Assembly (NCBI GenBank): GCA_035285125.1
Contig: JAYKHR010000071.1
Location: 1 to 54,468 of the forward strand
DNA: 54,468 bases
Direction of reading: 5' to 3'
Source: Candidatus Sericytochromatia bacterium
GTDB lineage: Bacteria > Cyanobacteriota > Sericytochromatia > S15B-MN24 > JAQBPE01
The translations under genes and the position numbers were made by a program. Positions 20,321 through 29,019 of the stretch are shown one piece after another. The notes under the pieces are model-generated. The model did not search any database. It saw only the letters and a program-made list of their open reading frames with translations, and was not told where the DNA came from. Every line of letters starts with the position of its first letter. Within the stretch, counting starts at the first letter, position 1.

Positions 20321-20354
20321 CACGCGCCCTGTGAGAATCCTCACAGGGCGCGTG
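20321..20354 (-). terminator. Perfect 15-bp hairpin downstream of sdhB
   Basis: CACGCGCCCTGTGAG-aatc-CTCACAGGGCGCGTG; only a weak U-tract. Confidence 0.6.
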
Positions 20355-20376
20355 ACGGCGACTTCTTGCGCGGAAC

Positions 20377-21159
20377 TCAGGCCTCGGGGCCCACCAGCTT
20401 GCGCCACAGCCCCATGACGGGGTCGTAGGCCCGGTCCACCACCCGCTCCTTGAGCGGAATGATGGCGTTGTCCGTGATGTTGATGCCCTCAGGGCAGACG
20501 TCCGTGCAGCACTTGTTGATGTTGCAGTAGCCGATGCCAAGTTCTTCCTTGACCACGTCGATACGGTCGGCCTGATCCATCGGGTGCATCTCGTACTGGG
20601 CCGCACGCATGATGAAGCGAGGCCCGGCAAAGCCGATTTCCTGATGATCGCGCAACACGTGGCAGGTGTTCTGGCACAGGAAGCACTCGATGCACTTCCG
20701 GAACTCTTGGATGCGGTCGATCTCGTACTGGTACATCGTCCACTCACCGCGCTCGTCCTTGGGCTTTGGATCGAGCGCCGGGACCTTCTTCGCGGCACGG
20801 TAGTTGAAGCTGACGTCCGTCGCCAGATCCTTGATGACAGGGAAGGTCTTCATCGGCTTGACGGTGGTCGGACCCTCGTCGATGACCTGGTCCATCCGCG
20901 TCATGCACATGAGGCGCGGCTTGCCGTTGATCTCGGCGCTGCAAGAACCGCACTTGCCGGCCTTGCAGTTCCAGCGGCAGGCGAGGTCAGGGGCCTCTTG
21001 TGCCTGGATCTGATGGATGGCGTCCAGCACGACCATGCCCTCGGAGAGTTCGATCGTGTAGTCGACGAGTTCACCGTGTTCCTTGTCGCCGCGGTACACG
21101 TTGAAGGTGTGACTGCGCCCGGCGACGCTGACCGACTTTCCAGCGGAATGACTAGCCAT
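20377..21159 (-). CDS. sdhB: Succinate dehydrogenase/fumarate reductase iron-sulfur subunit
   Basis: CKAGKCGSC...C, CIECFLCQNTC, CNINKCCTDVCP. Confidence 0.95.
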   Translation of the reverse strand: MASHSAGKSVSVAGRSHTFNVYRGDKEHGELVDYTIELSEGMVVLDAIHQIQAQEAPDLACRWNCKAGKCGSCSAEINGKPRLMCMTRMDQVIDEGPTTVKPMKTFPVIKDLATDVSFNYRAAKKVPALDPKPKDERGEWTMYQYEIDRIQEFRKCIECFLCQNTCHVLRDHQEIGFAGPRFIMRAAQYEMHPMDQADRIDVVKEELGIGYCNINKCCTDVCPEGINITDNAIIPLKERVVDRAYDPVMGLWRKLVGPEA

Positions 21160-22990
21160 TCTTCTTCTTCTCCTCGATCAGGGCCGCCAGGTCGTCGGGC
21201 ATCGCAGGGATGGGCTCCCGACGCAGCTTCATCGTGCCATCCTCGCCGCGCCAGACGACGTGGTTGAAGGTGCCGTACTCGTCGAGCGTGTCGAGGTGAT
21301 CGACGCGCATGTGGCCGCCCCGGCTCTCCCGACGCTCAAGCGCCGACTTGGCGATCGCCTCGGAGCAAACCAGCAGGAACTCCAACGAGATGGCCTGGTG
21401 CCAGCCCGGGTTGAACTGCTTGTCGCCCGTGACGCCCACGGTCGCGGCGCGTTGCTTGAGGCCCTGGATGTCCGAAAGGGCTTGCTGCAGTTCGCCCTCG
21501 ACGCGTGCGATACCCACGTTGGCCTCCATGGTGTCCTGGAGGTTCGAGGTGATCTGGAAGGCGTTCTCCCCCGCAGCTCGCTCGAAGGGCTGGTACATCT
21601 CCGCGACCAGCGCGTCGAGGTCGGCCGGGTCGACGGGCGCGAGCTCCGGGTGCTGCTTGGCGAACTCAGAGGCGTGCAGGCCCGCGCGGCGGCCGAACAC
21701 GATGAGGTCGGACAGCGAGTTGCCGCCGAGCCTGTTGGACCCGTGCAGCCCACCCGCGACCTCTCCAGCCGCGAACAGGCCGGGGACGGTGGACTCCTGC
21801 GTCTCGGGGTTGACCCGAACACCGCCCATCGCGTAGTGACACGTCGGGCCCACTTCCATGGGCTCCTTGGTGATGTCCAGGTTCCCGAGCGCCATGAACT
21901 GGTGGTACATCGAGGGCAGCTTCTTCTTGATGTCCTCGGCCGGCAGCCGCGTGGCGATGTCGAGGTAGGCGCCGCCGTGGGGCGACCCTCGGCCCTCCTT
22001 CACCTCCCGCACGATAGCGCGCGCCACGACGTCGCGGGTCAGGAGCTCGGGCGGACGGCGGGCCCCCTTGACCTTCTTGATGTACTTCTCGCCTTCCTCA
22101 GGGGTGTCGGCGGTCTGCTTCTTGTAGAGGTCCGGAATGTAGCCGAACATGAAGCGCTCGCCCTTGTTGTTCTTGAGCACCCCACCCTCACCCCGGACGC
22201 CCTCCGTCACGAGGATGCCGCGCACCGAAGGCGGCCACACCATGCCGGTCGGGTGGAACTGGATGAACTCCATGTCGAGCAACTCGGCCCCGGCCAGGTA
22301 CGCCAGCGCGTGGCCGTCGCCCGTACCCTCCCACGAGTTGGAGGTGACGCGGTAGCACTTGCCGAGGCCGCCGGTCGCCAGCACCACGGCCTTGGCCCGG
22401 AATACGATCGGCTTGCCGGACTCGCGCCAGTAGCCCATCGCCCCCGTCACGCGGCCGTCCGTCTTCAGGAGCCGGAAGATCGTGCACTCCATGTGCACCT
22501 TGATCTCCTGCTCGGCGCGATGGGGGTGGCGTCCAGAGGCCACCACACGCTCTTGCAGCGTCCGGATCAGCTCGAGGCCGGTGCGGTCCCCGACGTGCGC
22601 GAGGCGCGGGTAGGCGTGGCCGCCGAAGTTCCGTTGCAGGATCTGCCCGTCCTCGGTGCGGTCGAAGACCGCGCCCCAGCTCTCGAGCTCGCGCGCCCGG
22701 TCCGGCGACTCTTGCGCATGGAGCTGCGCCATCCGCCAGTTGTTGAGGAACTTGCCGCCGAACATGGTGTCGACGAAGTGGACCTTCCAGTTGTCGTTCT
22801 TCTCGACATTGCCGAGTGCCGCCGCCATGCCGCCCTCGGCCATGACCGTGTGGGCCTTGCCGAGCAGGGACTTGCACACGAGGCCGGTGCGGAGGCCCGC
22901 TTCAGCGGCCTCGATGGCGGCCCGCATGCCGGCGCCACCGGCGCCGATGACGAGCACGTCGTAGTCGTGGATGTCGTAGTTGGTGGGCAT
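21152..22990 (-). CDS. sdhA: Succinate dehydrogenase/fumarate reductase flavoprotein subunit
   Basis: GAGGAG, AHTVMAEGG covalent-FAD His motif, QFHPTG, HYAMGG, HGSNRLGGNSL, ESRGGH. Confidence 0.96.
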   Translation of the reverse strand: MPTNYDIHDYDVLVIGAGGAGMRAAIEAAEAGLRTGLVCKSLLGKAHTVMAEGGMAAALGNVEKNDNWKVHFVDTMFGGKFLNNWRMAQLHAQESPDRARELESWGAVFDRTEDGQILQRNFGGHAYPRLAHVGDRTGLELIRTLQERVVASGRHPHRAEQEIKVHMECTIFRLLKTDGRVTGAMGYWRESGKPIVFRAKAVVLATGGLGKCYRVTSNSWEGTGDGHALAYLAGAELLDMEFIQFHPTGMVWPPSVRGILVTEGVRGEGGVLKNNKGERFMFGYIPDLYKKQTADTPEEGEKYIKKVKGARRPPELLTRDVVARAIVREVKEGRGSPHGGAYLDIATRLPAEDIKKKLPSMYHQFMALGNLDITKEPMEVGPTCHYAMGGVRVNPETQESTVPGLFAAGEVAGGLHGSNRLGGNSLSDLIVFGRRAGLHASEFAKQHPELAPVDPADLDALVAEMYQPFERAAGENAFQITSNLQDTMEANVGIARVEGELQQALSDIQGLKQRAATVGVTGDKQFNPGWHQAISLEFLLVCSEAIAKSALERRESRGGHMRVDHLDTLDEYGTFNHVVWRGEDGTMKLRREPIPAMPDDLAALIEEKKKNG

Positions 22991-23029
22991 ATAGGCTGAC
23001 CTTCGTTCAGTGCGTCGACGTGGGCTGGC

Positions 23030-23893
23030 TCAGAAGAGCCGGAAATCGGACCAGTAGCCCATCGACACCATGCGGATGTAAAAGTCGGTGAAGAGCACGG
23101 AGAACAGGCTCAGCCAGGCGAACAGCTCGTGGCGCTGGTTGAGGTACGAGACGAACTTCCAGGCCTGGAAGCTGGGCGGGGGCGTAGGGCCACCCGACAC
23201 GTGGCAGCTGAAGCAGTCATGCTTGCCGCCCACCAGGTGCCGCAGCGAGTGGCAGCCGAAGGTGTAGCCGGACAGCAACACGACGTTCAGGAACATCACG
23301 AGCGACCCGATGCCGAGGCCGAAGCGGGTGGTGATGCCGGCGGCCGCAATCTCCTGCTTCGACAGCAGGTGGTAGTTGGTGACCAGGGTGCCGTCCGTCG
23401 CGTACGGGTAGTTGCAGCCGAGCCAGGCGTCGTAGCCGAGCAGGCCGATGAACAGGATCGCGACGTACAGGAAGAACCGGTGCAGGTTCTGCAGCACGAA
23501 CGGGAAGGCGCGCTCGCCCGTGTAGGTGCCGTGGGGCCGCCCCTCGCCCACGGCGCAGGCCGGCGGGTGGAAGAAGAACGAACGGTAGTAAGCCTTGCGG
23601 TAGTAATAGCAGGTGGCGCGGAACCCGGCCGGCCAGATCAGGATGAGCATCGCCGGCGTGAACCAGGGCGCGATGTTCTGAATCCAGGCCGGCACGGGCA
23701 GCAGCGGCGAGTAAAACGGGGACAGGTAGGGCCCCCACGAGAAGTGGGCGTTCGAGAAGCCGGCATAGGTGGCATACACCACGAAGAAGCCCAACCCGGA
23801 GGCGACCATGAGCGGGTACAGCCACCAGGCGTCCCGCCGGTCCGTGGCACCGAGGCTGGCGATGTGGGGAGCAATGCGATTCATCCCGGACAC
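23030..23893 (-). CDS. Succinate dehydrogenase membrane anchor, mycobacterial Sdh1 (Rv0249c)-like
   Basis: Multi-TM protein immediately upstream of sdhA with YLSPFYSP, FRATCYYYRKAYYRSF, QNLHRFF, GCHSLRH and RHELFAW. Confidence 0.85.
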   Translation of the reverse strand: MSGMNRIAPHIASLGATDRRDAWWLYPLMVASGLGFFVVYATYAGFSNAHFSWGPYLSPFYSPLLPVPAWIQNIAPWFTPAMLILIWPAGFRATCYYYRKAYYRSFFFHPPACAVGEGRPHGTYTGERAFPFVLQNLHRFFLYVAILFIGLLGYDAWLGCNYPYATDGTLVTNYHLLSKQEIAAAGITTRFGLGIGSLVMFLNVVLLSGYTFGCHSLRHLVGGKHDCFSCHVSGGPTPPPSFQAWKFVSYLNQRHELFAWLSLFSVLFTDFYIRMVSMGYWSDFRLF

Positions 23894-24117
23894 TCCGTGT
23901 TGGTTTCGTATGGGTCACACCTGGGCGAACCGAAGCTGCCGAGGCGCCATAACCGCATTGTAGGAAGCGGTCAAGGGGACGTCAATTGCACATGGCCGCG
24001 GAGCCCGGCGTTCCGGTGGCAAGGAGGCCGCAGGCAGGCCATCGGCGAGGCGACCTGACGGCAACCCCGAGGTGGGATAGAATGAAACCCGCTCGCCCTT
24101 CCCGCAAGGAGCCTCGC

Positions 24118-24504
24118 ATGCGCAAGCTCAGCCACGAACGCCTCGGCGCCATGTTGCTGTCCCGCAACATCATCACGGAGGACCAGCTCCAGGACGCCCT
24201 CGAGGCGCAGCGCAAGAAGCCCTTCCTGCGCATCGGCGAGTTGCTGTTCAGCCTCGGGCACCTGACCTTTCAGCAGCTTGAAGACCTGCTCGAGGAGCAG
24301 TACAGGGACCTGAGGCTCGGCCAGCTGCTGATCCGCAAGGGCTACATCACGCCCGAGCACCTCGACCAGGCGATGGAGGAGCACGAGCGCACGGGCCTGC
24401 TCCTCGGCCACCTGATCATCAAGATGGGCTTCGGCTCGATGGAGCAGGTGCAGCAGGTGCTGGAGGAGCAGCGGCGCCTGGCGGAGAAGACCGCCGCCGA
24501 ATGA
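24118..24504 (+). CDS. Stand-alone tandem MshEN-motif protein (putative c-di-GMP receptor)
   Basis: Four 24-aa RLGxxL...L...Q-type motifs; AAGGAG RBS; TAGAAT at 24078-24083. Confidence 0.82.
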   Translation: MRKLSHERLGAMLLSRNIITEDQLQDALEAQRKKPFLRIGELLFSLGHLTFQQLEDLLEEQYRDLRLGQLLIRKGYITPEHLDQAMEEHERTGLLLGHLIIKMGFGSMEQVQQVLEEQRRLAEKTAAE

Positions 24505-24510
24505 CGCCAC

Positions 24511-24543
24511 GCCCCGGGCCTCCGCAAGGCGGGAACCCGGGGC
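24511..24543. terminator. GC-rich hairpin between convergent MshEN and fumarase genes
   Basis: GCCCCGGG...CCGC-aag-GCGG...CCCGGGGC. Confidence 0.45.
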
Positions 24544-24552
24544 CCAGGCGCT

Positions 24553-26091
24553 TCAGAACACGGGCGCGGCCAGGCCCGCCAGCTTCTCCTCCGAGGCGTG
24601 CTCGACGTCGGCGTGGAGGCTGTTGCCGTGGCTGTCCATCGTGACGACGGCCTGGAACCCCTTCACCCGCAGGTGCCACATGGCCTCCGGGATGCCGAAC
24701 TCCATGAGGTCCACGCCCTCGACGGCCTCCACGCAACGGGCGTAGAACTGGGCAGCCCCGCCGATCGCATTGAGGTAGACCGCCCCGTGCTCCTGCATGG
24801 CGGCCAGGGTCTTGGCGCCCATCCCGCCCTTGCCCACCACGACGCGCACGCCGTACCGCTTGATCACCTCACCCTGGTAGGGCTCCTCGCGGATGCTGGT
24901 GGTGGGCCCTGCCGCCAGAATCTTCCACGCGCCCTCGGCGTCCTTCACGGCCACGGGGCCGCAGTGGTACAGCACGCCGCCGGCCAGCGAGACGGGCGGC
25001 TCGTGGTTCATCAGGTGCTTGTGGATGGCGTCCCGCCCCGTATGCATCGGGCCATCGATGGTGACGACGTCCCCCACGCGCAGGGCGCGAATCTGGGCCT
25101 CGGTGATCGGGGCCTGCAACACCACGGGGGTGCTCGCGGAGGCCACGGCCCCGTCGGCCATCGGCGCGGCCTCACGCGCGGGCACGCGGTACTGCCACTG
25201 GCGGATCTCGCCCGTCTCGGGGTCGAGCATCACGCCGAGGCGCCTGTAAGCCCAGCAGTTGTAGGCGACGGAGACGAAGAAGCTTGCGGGCAGGCGGTTG
25301 AGCACCCCGACCTTGCAGCCCAGCAGCGTCACCTCGCCGCCAAACCCCATCGTCCCGATGCCCAGGGTGTTGGCCTTCTCAAGGACGTAAGCCTCCAGTT
25401 CGGCCAGCTGCGGGTCAGGGTTGACGTCGTCCGCCGGGCGCAGCAACTGGTGCTTGGCCCCCTCGTAGCCGGAGGTCCGGTCGCCGCCGACCGCGACGCC
25501 GATAAAGCCGGCAGAGCAGCCCTGGCCCTGGGCCTGGTGCACGGCGTGCAGCAGGCACTTGCGGACCCCATCGAGATCACGTCCGGCCTTACCGAGCCCA
25601 GGCAGGTCCGTGGGCAGCGAGTACTGGGTGTTCTTGTTCTCGCAGCCCCCCCCCTTGAGGATGAGCTTCACCTCGATGAGGTCCTGCTCCCACTGCTCGA
25701 AATGAATCACGGGCGAACCGGGACCGAGGTTGTCGCCGCTGTTCTTGCCCGTCAGAGAGTCCACGGAGTTCGGGCGTAGCTTGCCGTCCCGGGTGGCCCG
25801 CGCCACCGCAGCCCGAATGGCATCCCGCACGTGAAGCTGGTTCACGCCCACGGGGGTGTGGACGAAGAAGGTCGGCATGCCCGTGTCCTGGCAAATGGGA
25901 AGCACGTCGTCCGCCGCGAAGTCGATGTTCTGCGCGATGGTGCCGAGGGCCAGGGCCGAACGCGTCGCCGCATCCTCCCGCTGACGGGCGGCGCGAATCG
26001 CGGCTCGCACGTCGGCCGGGAGGTTCGTGGCCGTCTCCACGACCAGCTGGTAAAGGCTCTGCTCGAGCGTGGGGCGATCGATGGCGGACAC
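24553..26091 (-). CDS. Class I (Fe-S) fumarate hydratase, fused alpha/beta
   Basis: PICQDTG, KGGGCEN, GQGC, TGRDAIH, GPTTSIR, GKGGMG. Confidence 0.93.
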   Translation of the reverse strand: MSAIDRPTLEQSLYQLVVETATNLPADVRAAIRAARQREDAATRSALALGTIAQNIDFAADDVLPICQDTGMPTFFVHTPVGVNQLHVRDAIRAAVARATRDGKLRPNSVDSLTGKNSGDNLGPGSPVIHFEQWEQDLIEVKLILKGGGCENKNTQYSLPTDLPGLGKAGRDLDGVRKCLLHAVHQAQGQGCSAGFIGVAVGGDRTSGYEGAKHQLLRPADDVNPDPQLAELEAYVLEKANTLGIGTMGFGGEVTLLGCKVGVLNRLPASFFVSVAYNCWAYRRLGVMLDPETGEIRQWQYRVPAREAAPMADGAVASASTPVVLQAPITEAQIRALRVGDVVTIDGPMHTGRDAIHKHLMNHEPPVSLAGGVLYHCGPVAVKDAEGAWKILAAGPTTSIREEPYQGEVIKRYGVRVVVGKGGMGAKTLAAMQEHGAVYLNAIGGAAQFYARCVEAVEGVDLMEFGIPEAMWHLRVKGFQAVVTMDSHGNSLHADVEHASEEKLAGLAAPVF

Positions 26092-26109
26092 GGTGACCTC
26101 CTGGCGGTG

Positions 26110-26481
26110 TCAGCTGGCGGGCGTCGGGGAAACCCAGGCCTCGGACGGACAGCTGCCGTAGAGGCGTTCCAAGTTGTAGAACTCACGCTCCTGGCTGCGC
26201 ATCACGTGCACGATCACCGTGCCAAAGTCGAGCAGGATCCAGACGGCCTCGCTCCACCCCTCGCTGCCGTACAGCTTGTGGCCCGCCTTCGTGAGTTCCT
26301 CTTCGATATGCTGGGCAATGGCTCGGACCTTGACGGTCGTCTGGCCGCTGCACAGCAAGATGTAGTCCGCGAGCAGCGAGACGCCGTCGAGGTTGAAGAT
26401 CCGGATGTCATCCGCCTTCTTGTCGTCGGCCTTGTGGGCCGCCAGTTCGACGAGGGGGCGGGAGTCGAGGGCGTCAGCCAA
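26110..26481 (-). CDS. rsfS: Ribosome silencing factor
   Basis: DKKADDI, ADYILLCSG, WILLDFGTVIVHVM, REFYNLERLY; TTG start inferred. Confidence 0.93.
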   Translation of the reverse strand: MADALDSRPLVELAAHKADDKKADDIRIFNLDGVSLLADYILLCSGQTTVKVRAIAQHIEEELTKAGHKLYGSEGWSEAVWILLDFGTVIVHVMRSQEREFYNLERLYGSCPSEAWVSPTPAS

Positions 26482-27166
26482 GTGGGGGAGCCTCCGGGGC
26501 AGGGTCGGGGACGGCGGTGCGGGCGCGGTTGCGCTCCAAGAAGAGAAACCAGTTGCGCCCACGGGCCGCATCCGGGTGGATCGGCTGGCCATGGCGCAGC
26601 AAGAACTCGAAGGTATGATCGTACGCCCGACGGCACGCGAGCGCCAGATCGCGCTGGGCCGCCTCGCGCACGTCCGTCAGCCAGGGCGCCTCACCCCGCC
26701 CGGGCTCGATGGCATCCGCGACGAAAAGAACCTGCTCGTCGACGGTCATACGCTCCCCGCCGACGGTGTGCCGCGCGATTGCCGAGAGCAGGGCCTCGTC
26801 GGCCACCCCGAAGGCCTCGCGGGCCAGATCCGCCCCCACGGGGCCGTGCAGGCAGGGCATCGGCGCCATTTCCTCGAGGTAGTCGACGGGCCGCCCCGCT
26901 GCCCGCGTCGCCGCGAGGAGGGACGTGCCGGAGTGCTCCCGCGCCACGTCGTGCAGCAAACCGGCCAGCTCCGCGCGATCGGGATCGGCCCCGAATCGGG
27001 CGGCCAGCTCGCGCGCCGTCGCCCCGACGCGCCGGCAGTGCGCTGCCCGCCCCGGCGTGAGGTGCTCGTCCAGCCAGGCCTCGACGAGCGGACGCAGGTC
27101 CGCGAGGCGTTCAGCCCAGGTGCCCGGGCAGGCGGCATCTGGGAGGGGGACGGTGGCGTCGGTCAC
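26474..27166 (-). CDS. yqeK: HD-domain bis(5'-nucleosyl)-tetraphosphatase YqeK
   Basis: RAAHC, AGLLHDVARE, LHGPVGA, AIARHTVG, LFVADAIEPGR; nadD/rsfS context. Confidence 0.9.
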   Translation of the reverse strand: MTDATVPLPDAACPGTWAERLADLRPLVEAWLDEHLTPGRAAHCRRVGATARELAARFGADPDRAELAGLLHDVAREHSGTSLLAATRAAGRPVDYLEEMAPMPCLHGPVGADLAREAFGVADEALLSAIARHTVGGERMTVDEQVLFVADAIEPGRGEAPWLTDVREAAQRDLALACRRAYDHTFEFLLRHGQPIHPDAARGRNWFLFLERNRARTAVPDPAPEAPPLG

Positions 27167-27205
27167 GGCTCCAGTCTACCCTGAAGACCCGCCCACGGCC
27201 ACCCG

Positions 27206-28369
27206 TCAGCGCCGAGCGGGGCCACGCGGCTGGCGGTGCAGCGTGCCCACGACGAGGCACGCCTCAGAGGCCCGCTCGCGCCGGCCCACCCGGCCGACGA
27301 GCTGCTCGAGTTCGGCCTCGCCGAAGCCATCCGCGTCCGTGATGACGATGAGGTCGGCCTCGGCCACGTCGGTGCCGGCCCCCACGAGGTTGGTCGCCAC
27401 AAGAATGGCCGGTGCCGTCCCGCGGAAGGCGGCCATGACGGCCACCCGGGTCTGGTCCGGTCGGAAGCCCTTGAACCGCTGCAACCGACGGGCCTGCTCG
27501 GCCGTGTCGACCATGTCACCGTGGAGCCGGAAGACCGGGGCATCGAAATGCCGCTCGAGCCAGCGCGAGAGGTTGGCGACCTGATCCCGCGTGCGAGAAA
27601 TGACATACACGCGTCCTTCTGCCGCCAGGTGGCGCTGGATGTGCCCCTCTGCCAGCAAGAGCTGCTTCACAGGGCTGTCTCCCAACCGCCCGCGAAGCCG
27701 ATGCCGCACGGTGCCCGGTGCCTGGAAAGGCTTCTCGTCCATGACAGCCACATGGGCCCCGACCTCCTTCTGATCGAGGAAGGCCCGCACGGGCTCGGGC
27801 GTGGCCGAGGCATACAGGGTCGGCGTGTGGATCCCGCTCAGCGGGCGCAGGTGCACCACGGGGTCAAAGGCGTTGACGTCGTCCACCACGAGGAAACCGG
27901 CGGCGCGCAGGCGCTGGCGGTGCCCCTCCTCCTGGAGCATGAGCCCGCTCGCGAGCAGGACGGGGACGAGGCGCTGCTCGAAGCGCGTCAGCAGGGCCTC
28001 GCGATCGCGCGGCGCGACCCCACCGTGGAGCTCCTCCACGCGGAGCGGCGTGCCCTCGAGGCGCGTCCGGAAGTAGGTCGCGAGCTGGCGCAGCAGATCC
28101 CGCGTCGGCGCCAGCACCACGACGGGCTGCTGGCGCGCTAGGAACTCGCCGACGGCCACCCGGAAGGCCACGGCGGTCTTGCCGGCCCCGGTGGGGGCGT
28201 GCAGCAACGCACTTCGTGCGCCGCCGCGGAACCAACCCTCCAGGGCCTCGATCGCACGCTGCTGCGACGCGGTGAGGCGGTAGTTCTCGCCCTCGCGGAC
28301 CAGCCCCTCGCGCTCCGCCACGGCCTGCTCGTTGGAGGCGATGCGCCGCCACAGGAGATCCTGGTTCAT
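27206..28369 (-). CDS. RecG/Mfd-like SF2 helicase core, divergent
   Basis: LTASQQRA, APTGAGKT, LAPTRDLLRQ, VVDDVNAF, SATP, ILVATNLVGAGTDV, QLVGRVGR. Confidence 0.8.
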   Translation of the reverse strand: MNQDLLWRRIASNEQAVAEREGLVREGENYRLTASQQRAIEALEGWFRGGARSALLHAPTGAGKTAVAFRVAVGEFLARQQPVVVLAPTRDLLRQLATYFRTRLEGTPLRVEELHGGVAPRDREALLTRFEQRLVPVLLASGLMLQEEGHRQRLRAAGFLVVDDVNAFDPVVHLRPLSGIHTPTLYASATPEPVRAFLDQKEVGAHVAVMDEKPFQAPGTVRHRLRGRLGDSPVKQLLLAEGHIQRHLAAEGRVYVISRTRDQVANLSRWLERHFDAPVFRLHGDMVDTAEQARRLQRFKGFRPDQTRVAVMAAFRGTAPAILVATNLVGAGTDVAEADLIVITDADGFGEAELEQLVGRVGRRERASEACLVVGTLHRQPRGPARR

Positions 28370-29019
28370 CGGGCAGCCTCCTCAGGCAGGTCCTTGCGAT
28401 GGCCGACATACAGGCCATACCGTCGGATGTGGGCTGCCACCAGCGGTGGCAGTGACCCCGCCGCCGGCGCCCCCTCGGCCAGGCGCTCCCGCAGGGCCGT
28501 CGACGACACGGCCACAGGAGGCATCGGCAGGAACACGAAGCGGCTCGCCGGCACGTCCGGCAGTTCCCGCGCCAACCAGCGGGCCAGCCACGCCGCGTCC
28601 TCGCCGTCACGCGGCACCACGAGGAAGCGGGCCTCTTGCAACAATTCGGGCAGGCGGTGCCAGCTCCCCAGGGCACGCAGGGCATCCGCGCCGATCACCC
28701 ACCACAGCTCCGCCTCCGCCCCCAGCGTTTCCCGCGCCAGCTGCAACGTGTCGACGGCGTAGGTCGGCCCCTCCGGGGCGCGTTCCGTCTCCCAGCGCAC
28801 GACGCGCAGGCCGGGCTCCTCCACGGTGGCAAGCACCGCCATGCACCAGCGCTCCTCCGCGCTGGCCCGCGTCAGGCCCCGGTGCGGTGGCGAGCCCGCA
28901 GGCACGATCAGCACGTCGTCCACGAGGCCCGCGTCCCGCACAGAGCGGGCCACCGCCAGGTGGCCGGCATGGAAAGGATCGAACGTGCCACCGTAGAGCG
29001 CGTAGCGGCCGGGCCTCAC
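28366..29019 (-). CDS. nadD: Nicotinate-nucleotide adenylyltransferase
   Basis: YGGTFDPFHAGH, PPHR, WVIGADAL, VSSTALR, HIRRYGLY. Confidence 0.94.
   Translation of the reverse strand: MRPGRYALYGGTFDPFHAGHLAVARSVRDAGLVDDVLIVPAGSPPHRGLTRASAEERWCMAVLATVEEPGLRVVRWETERAPEGPTYAVDTLQLARETLGAEAELWWVIGADALRALGSWHRLPELLQEARFLVVPRDGEDAAWLARWLARELPDVPASRFVFLPMPPVAVSSTALRERLAEGAPAAGSLPPLVAAHIRRYGLYVGHRKDLPEEAAR

Noticed and set aside
20321..20354. Perfect palindrome as REP/MITE or CRISPR repeat
   Set aside because: I see only one copy, and its position just after sdhB fits a terminator or stability hairpin.
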